Counted from the stretch's first letter, positions 1-6,669 are shown. The stretch: DNA of 19,722 nt from a virus (IMGVR_UViG_2623620491_000017); one strand, 5' to 3'. A program made the numbers and translations. Notes: generated by a model from the sequence alone, not told the origin.

Positions 1-981
1 TTATAACGTCACTCCGCCTTTTAGTGGATTCAGAGCGACGGCATTTTGCAGATAGTCAGGCGCAAGGTGCGCATAGGCCATCGTCTGCTGAATGCTCGCA
101 TGTCCCAGAATCTGTTGCAGTGCGATTATATTGCCCCCATTCATCATGAAATGGCTTGCGAATGTATGCCGCAGGATATGGGTTGCCTGATTGGGTGGTA
201 TATCAGGTTTCACTCTGCGTAAAATCCCGCAAAATTTCTCATAATCAACTTTGAATAATTTGGCGCTGGCCTCCTCTTTAACTTTTTTCTCCAGTTCCTC
301 AGAAATCGGCACGGTTCGCTTTTTACCGTTTTTGGTTTTCAGGAAGGTAACCCTGCAATTTGTAATCTGTGCTGGTTTTAGCGTGGCAACTTCCGTCCAT
401 CTTCCTCCAGTGCTCAGACATAAAAGCGCGACAAGTAAGTCATCACCAGCCAAAACATTTAACAGTTTTTCGATTTCTGCTTTTTCCAGGAACGTCATTT
501 CAGGGTTGGCCTCCGCCAGTGGCGGCAGTCCGTGAATTGGGTGTTGCCCGGAAAATTCATCCAATTGAATTAATTTTGTGAACATGCCGGATAATCGGTA
601 CATGTCACGGTTTATCGTTGCGGCACTGATACCATCACGTAGTCGCATGGAACGATAATCCATCAAAGCCCTTTTGCTCATCCTGTTCACTGGTATATCA
701 CCTATGCCGCTGATGGTTTTGAGTAGATGATTAAACTCTTTTGTTCCATGCTCGTGGTTTTGCCCGTGATATTTCCACCAGATGTCCAGCAACTCACTCA
801 AAGTCCGGCGGTCTGCTCGCTGGCCTCCCCATTCTTTCTGACTGGCATTGGCGATTGTGTATCGCTCAAATGCTAGTGCTTCAGCTTTTCTTTCGAATTT
901 CCTGCGGATGCGTTTTCCGTCGCGACCGCGAGGTCTAATGTCCACTTCATAGCGACCATCATCGAGCTTCTTAATTGCCAT
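1..981 (-). CDS. int: Tyrosine integrase (P2 Int-like site-specific recombinase)
   Basis: Translation carries tyrosine-recombinase C-terminal motifs (HILRHTFASHF box; LGHASIQQTMAYAH with the catalytic Tyr). Start placed at ATG 981 because GGAGGG lies 7 nt upstream; the longest ORF runs to 1011 but has no SD. Stop codon is at positions 1-3, so the gene is complete but any att site lies outside the window. Confidence 0.88.
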   Translation of the reverse strand: MAIKKLDDGRYEVDIRPRGRDGKRIRRKFERKAEALAFERYTIANASQKEWGGQRADRRTLSELLDIWWKYHGQNHEHGTKEFNHLLKTISGIGDIPVNRMSKRALMDYRSMRLRDGISAATINRDMYRLSGMFTKLIQLDEFSGQHPIHGLPPLAEANPEMTFLEKAEIEKLLNVLAGDDLLVALLCLSTGGRWTEVATLKPAQITNCRVTFLKTKNGKKRTVPISEELEKKVKEEASAKLFKVDYEKFCGILRRVKPDIPPNQATHILRHTFASHFMMNGGNIIALQQILGHASIQQTMAYAHLAPDYLQNAVALNPLKGGVTL

Positions 982-1050
982 AAGAAAGCCCTCCGGCGCT
1001 GTATTCACCATCTTGGTAGCAAATGGTGAAAATGTAATCTTTATATAGAG

Positions 1051-1344
1051 TTATCCAATCCTTTTCTCGGAGTGGTTGGACTCTGTTGACTCTGGCCCAA
1101 TGTGCGCGAGAGCCGGTGCGATTTGTCCTGCGTCCGGCGCGGTTTTATCTGTCATAAGCCATAGAGCATATTTTTGGAATGTGGGATGCATAGTGATTTT
1201 TAGCAAAGCTGTGCCACCGGGTTCAAAGTTTCCTCCTTCATATTTTTTAAGTGTGCTTAGCGGTAACTCTATGATTTCACAGAATTTTGATTGGCTTAGC
1301 CCTTCAGCCTCACGCAAGGCCTTAATCTTTTCGCTTAATTTCAT
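1051..1344 (-). CDS. C: Immunity repressor (P2 C-like), 97 aa
   Basis: Small ORF directly upstream of int on the same strand and divergent from the early operon, the position of the P2-type C repressor. Palindromic operator-like repeats lie in the divergent intergenic region. Family assignment by synteny and size only. Confidence 0.7.
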   Translation of the reverse strand: MKLSEKIKALREAEGLSQSKFCEIIELPLSTLKKYEGGNFEPGGTALLKITMHPTFQKYALWLMTDKTAPDAGQIAPALAHIGPESTESNHSEKRIG

Positions 1345-1403
1345 TTGACATGGTGCCTATATAGGGACTAAATTCCCTCAAAACTGGAACCTATATAGGT
1401 TCC
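1345..1403. promoter_or_regulatory. Early promoter/operator region: TTGACA at 1345-1350, -10-like TAAATT at 1369-1374, two copies of palindromic core CCTATATAGG (1356-1365 and 1390-1399; second lies in perfect 18-bp palindrome GGAACCTATATAGGTTCC 1386-1403)
   Basis: Read directly from sequence. The 10-bp core is repeated exactly 34 bp apart, and the first copy sits in the spacer of the candidate rightward promoter, as expected for a repressor operator overlapping the early promoter. Confidence 0.55.
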
Positions 1404-1480
1404 ATTGATTTGAGAATAAACCAGCGTCTAAACGGTTTTGAGTGGTTTAGAAAGGGCTGGATCCTATGAGGGTACCATAT

Positions 1481-1753
1481 ATGGACGCTGAAAATTATGT
1501 GATTCAGTATCCGCTTGATGCGGTTCATGTGGATAAATTTGCTGATTTATTAGGGAAGCCAAAGACAGCCGTCAGTGAAATGGTGAAGGCAAATAAATTA
1601 CCAATTATTGAATTGCGTGATCCTTGCAAACCGAAGGCTCGTGCCGGTGAAAAATGGGTTTTCATTCCTGAGTTTAATCGCGCTGTACGTGAGGCGTTTT
1701 ATAACCGACCGGTTGAACAGCGTGATGCATGGCTTTTGTGGATGGGGTTGTGA
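1481..1753 (+). CDS. cox: Cox-like excisionase / early-operon regulator (alternative in-frame start at 1466)
   Basis: First gene of the rightward operon, divergent from C; about 90 aa as for P2 Cox. GAGGG (1468-1472) lies 8 nt before ATG 1481. Confidence 0.65.
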   Translation: MDAENYVIQYPLDAVHVDKFADLLGKPKTAVSEMVKANKLPIIELRDPCKPKARAGEKWVFIPEFNRAVREAFYNRPVEQRDAWLLWMGL

Positions 1754-1755
1754 TT

Positions 1756-1926
1756 ATGAATGAGCCGCGTTGTATTGCTCAGTTACTGCGTAACGAAAGC
1801 CCCAGGGCGATTGACTTCACCATCACCCACGGTAAGGGGCGTAAGGGAATCATTATCCGCACCAAAAAACAGAGTCCGTTAAAAAAGGCTCTGACCTTTC
1901 TGAAAAGCCGGAGGGTATGGAAATGA
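1756..1926 (+). CDS. Hypothetical small early protein (56 aa)
   Basis: ATG 2 nt after the cox stop; its stop overlaps the B start (ATGA). Occupies the position of the small ORF between cox and B in P2-like phages. No recognisable motif. Confidence 0.4.
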   Translation: MNEPRCIAQLLRNESPRAIDFTITHGKGRKGIIIRTKKQSPLKKALTFLKSRRVWK

Positions 1927-2423
1927 CAGTGATGACGCTCAATCTCGTTGAAAAACAGCCAGCAGCTATGCGCCGGATAATTGGCAAGCATCTTGCCGTC
2001 CCTCGCTGGCAGGATACATGTGATTATTATAATCAGATGATGGAGCGCGAACGGCTAACGGTTTGCTTTCATGCACAGTTAAAACAGCGTCACGCAACGA
2101 TGCGTTTTGAAGAAATGAACGACGTAGAACGTGAACGACTGGTTTGTGCAATTGATGAATTGCGTGGGGCATTCTCAAAACGCCGTCAGGTTGGCGCAAG
2201 TGAGTATGCATATATTAGTTTTTTAACAGTCAGTCAGCGTCGCACTTTATTTATGCACGCACGACTGACAGAAAAAGAATTTAACCAGCCATACTGGCGA
2301 ATTAATGAAGAATCATGTTACTGGCGTGATGCTTTATTCCGTGCATTACGTGAATTATTCAGCCTGTTTGAGTATGCACCGACAATTCTGACGTCGGTAA
2401 AACCAGAGCAATATCTGCATTAA
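1923..2423 (+). CDS. B: Replication protein B-like (166 aa)
   Basis: Position between cox and A. GAGGG (1911-1915) is 7 nt upstream of ATG 1923; the ATG at 1917 is too close to that SD. The 166-aa length matches P2 gpB as I recall. Confidence 0.7.
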   Translation: MTVMTLNLVEKQPAAMRRIIGKHLAVPRWQDTCDYYNQMMERERLTVCFHAQLKQRHATMRFEEMNDVERERLVCAIDELRGAFSKRRQVGASEYAYISFLTVSQRRTLFMHARLTEKEFNQPYWRINEESCYWRDALFRALRELFSLFEYAPTILTSVKPEQYLH

Positions 2424-2486
2424 ATAATTAACCAGAGTTTTTAACGCACTTAATCGTGCGGGGCTTCTTTTTGCCTGGAGAAAGTC

Positions 2487-2711
2487 ATGCATACAGTTTC
2501 TGAAAATCAGTGCGGTAAATACGCATTACTGCTGCAACAGGCCAGAACCGAAGCACAGGCTGACGCTGCGACGCGCTTTTCTTCTCATCTTGACTCCATG
2601 ATTCGCCACATCACAAAGGCGGAGTTATCCCGCGTGGAGATAGTCGAGCTGCTCAGTCAGGAGTCGGAAAAATTTCACAATATCGGATTGTCTCGCGGGG
2701 AGGTGCTTTGA
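2487..2711 (+). CDS. Hypothetical early protein (74 aa)
   Basis: GGAGAAAG SD immediately upstream of ATG 2487; translationally coupled to the next ORF; lies within the B-A interval of the early operon. Confidence 0.55.
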   Translation: MHTVSENQCGKYALLLQQARTEAQADAATRFSSHLDSMIRHITKAELSRVEIVELLSQESEKFHNIGLSRGEVL

Positions 2712-3013
2712 TGTCCTGTTCTCATTCAGTTGTATTACTGAATAACGCCTTAAAAATCGCCGTTATGAAAAATGGCGATTTGTCTCTTATTCAACTTTGT
2801 CTTGATAAAGAAAAACGCGACATCACTGAATCTGTTATCGCGATTTATCAGAATGAATTAAACCTCATGTCTGATGTGGTCAATTTACTTGTTAAACGCG
2901 CTGTATTCCACAAGCAAATTTCCTCAGTGGATGAACTGACAAAATTAACGACAGAACTTGCCAGCTATTGCGCTGATGAATTTAAAAAACTGAACGACAA
3001 AAGGAACTGGTAA
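2711..3013 (+). CDS. Hypothetical early protein (100 aa)
   Basis: GGGGAGG SD 7 nt upstream of ATG 2711; stop overlaps the start of the next ORF. Confidence 0.55.
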   Translation: MSCSHSVVLLNNALKIAVMKNGDLSLIQLCLDKEKRDITESVIAIYQNELNLMSDVVNLLVKRAVFHKQISSVDELTKLTTELASYCADEFKKLNDKRNW

Positions 3014-3237
3014 TGCCGGACAACGTAGATTTTATTCAGGAACAACAGGCTGAATTACTGGAGCGCCAGATTAACGCGGCAAGGGTAAAACATTGCGGTG
3101 TTTCTTCGCTGGTTTGCGAAGAGTGTGATGCGCCAATACCTGCTGCCCGTCGTGCGGCTTATCCGTCAGCCACGCGTTGTGTTTCCTGTCAGTCAGTCTT
3201 TGAAGCAAAAAACAAACATTACCGGAGAACGGCATGA
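3013..3237 (+). CDS. TraR/DksA-family C4 zinc-finger protein (74 aa)
   Basis: Translation contains CEEC-N17-CVSC (CxxC...CxxC), the TraR/DksA-type zinc finger; AAGGAA SD before the ATG. P2 encodes a TraR-like small ORF at this position. Confidence 0.7.
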   Translation: MPDNVDFIQEQQAELLERQINAARVKHCGVSSLVCEECDAPIPAARRAAYPSATRCVSCQSVFEAKNKHYRRTA

Positions 3238-3509
3238 GTATTCGTATTGAAATTGGCGAACGTTATGTCGTTACCAGTGACAGCTTTCAGTTTGTTCTCC
3301 ACGAGAAAAAGAGAGCGGAAAGCGGTAAAAACGCCGGTCAGGAATGGCTGTCGGTGGTTGGTTATTACCCGAAATTAAGCCAGCTCGTTTCCGGCCTGAT
3401 GCATCACGATATTCTGACCGGAAGCGCAAAGTCTTTTGCTGATTTAAACGCGCAGGTTGAGCAACTCAGCAAGCGTTGTTCAGAGGCTTTTGGCTCATAT
3501 GGCCGTTAA
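3234..3509 (+). CDS. Hypothetical early protein (91 aa)
   Basis: GGAGA SD 5 nt upstream of ATG 3234; stop overlaps the A start. Confidence 0.55.
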   Translation: MSIRIEIGERYVVTSDSFQFVLHEKKRAESGKNAGQEWLSVVGYYPKLSQLVSGLMHHDILTGSAKSFADLNAQVEQLSKRCSEAFGSYGR

Positions 3510-5775
3510 AGCCTCCGGGCGTTTTGTCCCTCCGTCAGCATTTGCCGCAGGCACCGGTAAGGCGTTTACCGGTGCTTATGCATGGAACGCGCCACGCGAG
3601 GTCGTCGGGCGCGAAAGACCCCTTACACGTGACGAGATGCGTCAGGTGCAAGGTGTTTTATCCACGATTAACCGCCTGCCTTACTTTTTGCGTTCGCTGT
3701 TTACTTCACGCTATGACTACATCCGGCGCAATAAAAGCCCGGTGCACGGGTTTTATTTCCTCACATCCACTTTTCAGCGTCGTTTATGGCCGCGCATTGA
3801 GCGCGTGAATCAGCGCCATGAAATGAATACCGACGCGTCGTTGCTGTTTCTGGCAGAGCGCGACCAGTATGCGCGCCTGCCGGGGATGAATGACAAGGAG
3901 CTGAAAAAGTTTGCCGCCCGAATCTCATCGCAGCTTTTCATGATGTATGAGGAACTCTGCGATGCCTGGGTGGATGCGCATGGCGAAAAAGAATCGCTGT
4001 TTACGGATGAGGCGCAGGCTCACCTGTATGGTCATGTTGCTGGCGCTGCACGTGCTTTCAATATTTCCCCGCTTTACTGGAGAAAATACCGTAAAGGGCA
4101 GATGACCACGAGGCAGGCATATTCTGCCATTGCCCGTCTGTTTAACGATGAATGGTGGACTCATCAGCTTAAAGGCCAGCGTATGCGCTGGCATGAGGCG
4201 TTACTGATTGCTGTCGGGGAGGTCAATAAAGACCGTTCTCCTTATGCCAGTAAACATGCCATTCGTGATGTGCGTGCGCGCCGCCAGGCAAATCTGGAAT
4301 TTCTTAAATCGTGTGACCTTGAAAACAGGGAAACCGGCGAGCGCATCGACCTTATCAGTAAGGTGATGGGCAGTATTTCTAATCCAGAAATTCGCCGGAT
4401 GGAGCTGATGAACACCATCGCCGGTATTGAGCGTTACGCCGCCGCAGAGGGTGATGTGGGGATGTTTATCACGCTGACCGCGCCGTCAAAGTATCACCCG
4501 ACACGTCAGGTCGGAAAAGGCGAAAGTAAAACCGTCCAGCTTAATCACGGCTGGAACGATGAGGCATTTAATCCAAAGGATGCGCAGCGTTATCTCTGCA
4601 GCATCTGGAGCCTGATGCGCACGGCATTCAAGGATAATGATTTACAGGTCTACGGTTTGCGTGTCGTTGAGCCACACCACGACGGAACGCCGCACTGGCA
4701 TATGATGCTTTTTTGTAATCCACGCCAGCGTAACCAGATTATCGAAATCATGCGGCGCTATGCGCTCAAAGAGGATGGTGACGAAAGAGGAGCCGCGCGA
4801 AACCGTTTTCAGGCAAAACATCTTAACCGGGGCGGTGCTGCGGGATATATCGCGAAATACATCTCAAAAAACATCGACGGCTATGCACTGGATGGTCAGC
4901 TCGATAATGATACCGGTAGGCCGCTGAAAGACACAGCTGCTGCTGTTACCGCATGGGCGTCAACGTGGCGCATTCCGCAATTTAAAACGGTTGGTCTGCC
5001 GACAATGGGGGCTTACCGTGAACTACGCAAATTGCCTCGCGGCGTCAGCATTGCTGATGAGTTTGACGAGCGCGTCGAGGCTGCACGCGCCGCCGCAGAC
5101 AGTGGTGATTTTGCGTTGTATATCAGCGCGCAGGGTGGGGCAAATGTTCCGCGCGATTGTCAGACTGTCAGAGTCGCCCGTAGCCCGTCGGATGACGTTA
5201 ACGAGTACGAGGAAGAGGTCGAGAGAGTGGTCGGCATTTACGCGCCGCATCTCGGCGCGCGTCATATTCATATCACCAGAACGACGGACTGGCGCATTGT
5301 GCCGAAAGTGCCGGTCGTTGAGCCTTTGACGTTAAAAAGCGGCATCGCCGCGCCTCGGAGTCCTGTCAATAACTGTGGAAAGCTCACCGGTGGTGATACT
5401 TCGTTACCGGCTCCCACACCTTCTGAGCACGCCGCAGCAGTGCTTAATCTGGTAGATGACGGTGTTATCGAATGGAGTGACCCGGAGGTCGTGATGGCGC
5501 TCAGGGGCGCATTAAAACACGGACTGAGAACACCAAATCGTCAGCAAAGAAACGGAATCCCGTTAAAACCGCATGAAATTGCACCATCTGCCAGACTGAC
5601 CAGGTCTGAACGATTGCAAATTACCCGTATCCGCGTTGACCTCGCTCAGAACGGTATCAGGCCGCAACGATGGGAGCTTGAGGCGCTGGCGCGTGGCGCG
5701 ACCGTAAATTATGACGGGAAAAAATTCACGTATCCGGTTGCTGATGAGTGGCCGGGGTTCTCGTTACCCATTTGA
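3499..5775 (+). CDS. A: Replication initiation protein A (HUH rolling-circle endonuclease), about 758 aa
   Basis: Translation contains the HUH motif (PHWHMMLF) and the paired-tyrosine motif YIAKYISK typical of phiX174/P2 A-type initiators. Size and position match P2 gpA. Start set at ATG 3499 (MAVKASG...) rather than the upstream in-frame extension from 3457. Confidence 0.9.
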   Translation: MAVKASGRFVPPSAFAAGTGKAFTGAYAWNAPREVVGRERPLTRDEMRQVQGVLSTINRLPYFLRSLFTSRYDYIRRNKSPVHGFYFLTSTFQRRLWPRIERVNQRHEMNTDASLLFLAERDQYARLPGMNDKELKKFAARISSQLFMMYEELCDAWVDAHGEKESLFTDEAQAHLYGHVAGAARAFNISPLYWRKYRKGQMTTRQAYSAIARLFNDEWWTHQLKGQRMRWHEALLIAVGEVNKDRSPYASKHAIRDVRARRQANLEFLKSCDLENRETGERIDLISKVMGSISNPEIRRMELMNTIAGIERYAAAEGDVGMFITLTAPSKYHPTRQVGKGESKTVQLNHGWNDEAFNPKDAQRYLCSIWSLMRTAFKDNDLQVYGLRVVEPHHDGTPHWHMMLFCNPRQRNQIIEIMRRYALKEDGDERGAARNRFQAKHLNRGGAAGYIAKYISKNIDGYALDGQLDNDTGRPLKDTAAAVTAWASTWRIPQFKTVGLPTMGAYRELRKLPRGVSIADEFDERVEAARAAADSGDFALYISAQGGANVPRDCQTVRVARSPSDDVNEYEEEVERVVGIYAPHLGARHIHITRTTDWRIVPKVPVVEPLTLKSGIAAPRSPVNNCGKLTGGDTSLPAPTPSEHAAAVLNLVDDGVIEWSDPEVVMALRGALKHGLRTPNRQQRNGIPLKPHEIAPSARLTRSERLQITRIRVDLAQNGIRPQRWELEALARGATVNYDGKKFTYPVADEWPGFSLPI

Positions 5776-5844
5776 GTAAAAACACAACGTGATTTGATAT
5801 GGCATTGAATGGCTTATGCGGAGCAGTTATGGGGCAGCAGAAGG

Positions 5845-5882
5845 TCAATAGCATGCTGAATTAGAAGGCTAAATGCTATTGA
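5845..5882. repeat. Perfect 10-bp inverted repeat TCAATAGCAT / ATGCTATTGA separated by 18 nt
   Basis: Read directly: 5845-5854 is the reverse complement of 5873-5882. No flanking T-run, so it is not a terminator; a protein-binding site or RNA stem-loop is possible. Confidence 0.5.
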
Positions 5883-5990
5883 GTGACTAGCATGTCGGTA
5901 AGGACAGCCGTTTGATCCGGGTCATAAAAGGCCATCCATTTAGTCTAATAAAATCATTGCGGGTAACCTTATGTCGACGCATAATTCGTC

Positions 5991-6005
5991 TTGAGCGAAG
6001 TCTTG
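5991..6005. repeat. Direct repeat copy 1 (TTGAGCGAAGTCTTG), in the 3' tail of the early operon about 35 nt before the terminator
   Basis: Exact 15-mer also present at 6255-6269 with unrelated flanks. Confidence 0.6.
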
Positions 6006-6035
6006 TCAGTCTTTCATCGTATTGATGATGGGCGC

Positions 6036-6065
6036 AAAAAAACCACCCTGGCAGGTGGTTTTTTT
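6036..6065. terminator. Bidirectional rho-independent terminator (A7-CCACC-ctggca-GGTGG-T7)
   Basis: GC stem 6043-6047/6054-6058 flanked by an A-run (6036-6042) and a T-run (6059-6065), so it can terminate the rightward early (A) transcript and the leftward small-peptide transcript. Confidence 0.7.
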
Positions 6066-6077
6066 GTTTGAAGCATA

Positions 6078-6191
6078 TTAAAGCATAATGCTGACATTGA
6101 TATTACTGACGTTTACTGACAAACCACTCGGACTACCGTTTGGATAGCCAAAGAGGGCCAGAACGAGAATGCAGTAATAGCATTTCTTCAT
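6078..6191 (-). CDS. Candidate 37-aa hydrophobic peptide (MKKCYYCILVLALFGYPNGSPSGLSVNVSNINVSIML); possible small membrane toxin or exclusion peptide
   Basis: GGAGG (reverse complement of 6196-6200) lies 4 nt before the ATG. The N-terminal MKK is followed by about 12 hydrophobic residues and an uncharged Ser/Asn-rich tail. The gene ends 12 nt before the bidirectional terminator and has the orientation of lysogenic-conversion cargo in this slot. No homology search was possible. Confidence 0.45.
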   Translation of the reverse strand: MKKCYYCILVLALFGYPNGSPSGLSVNVSNINVSIML

Positions 6192-6254
6192 ATTGCCTCC
6201 TGTAAGTAGAGGGCAACTTCCACCGGTATATGCGCTTCTTAGGTGGAATGACTT

Positions 6255-6269
6255 TTGAGCGAAGTCTTG
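6255..6269. repeat. Direct repeat copy 2 (TTGAGCGAAGTCTTG), about 65-80 nt upstream of the peptide start codon on the coding strand
   Basis: Exact copy of 5991-6005. Confidence 0.6.
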
Positions 6270-6330
6270 CCCTGAAATAATGCTCTGTTTAAACGCAAAG
6301 TGATTTGGCATATCACCGAACAGAGAGCCG

Positions 6331-6385
6331 GAAAAACACAACATATAGTATGTCGTTGTTTCTAGACATACATTCTATGTTGTGT
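6331..6385 (-). repeat. Long imperfect inverted repeat (arms 6336-6354 and 6365-6385: 10 bp + internal loop + 7 bp) followed on the minus strand by TTTTT; terminator-like insulator or operator
   Basis: Read directly. The arms are AT-rich, so terminator function is uncertain. It sits between cos and the small-peptide gene. Confidence 0.35.
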
Positions 6386-6669
6386 AACAAGGGCTTTGCA
6401 TTAAACATGTTTGAGATTTTATTGATGTAGCTCAAAGTAAAAAACAGAGACTACGGATGATAAGGTCTTGAAAGCAATGTAAATTTTTTAAAGTTGCCAA
6501 TTGCTTAAAAATGTACAGTTGCGGTATGGCGTACTTAAAAAGCTATGCATGCAACAAGTGAATGTTTTTGCATGCGTTGGGGATGTCCGTTCAGGCTGCG
6601 TGCGGTCAGGACTGGTGCGGATCCATAGTATCTATGCAACTGCATTAAAACCGCCCCGTGAAGCGGGCG

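Noticed and set aside
251-938. Plus-strand ORFs overlapping int (251-535, 369-581, 741-938)
   Set aside because: Antisense to the integrase gene, with no start signals.
982-1011. Integrase start at ATG 1011 (longest ORF)
   Set aside because: No ribosome-binding site, whereas ATG 981 is preceded by GGAGGG; the shorter form is preferred, though not with certainty.
1076-1348. 90-codon plus-strand ORF overlapping the C repressor gene
   Set aside because: Entirely antisense to C and would be read from within the operator region, with no SD.
2424-2486. Possible terminator or attenuator between B and the next early ORF (GCAC...GTGC followed by a T-rich stretch)
   Set aside because: The stem is only 4 bp and the T-run is interrupted; more likely just the ribosome-binding region of the next gene.
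6078-6344. Longer 88-codon version of the minus-strand peptide ORF
   Set aside because: The upstream ATG at 6342-6344 has no ribosome-binding site and lies inside the long palindrome, whereas the internal ATG at 6189-6191 has a GGAGG; the 37-codon product is preferred.
5776-6400. Retron or other reverse-transcriptase-based element (these occur in this slot in some P2-like phages)
   Set aside because: No ORF large enough for a reverse transcriptase and no room for one; the inverted repeats seen are not accompanied by any RT gene.
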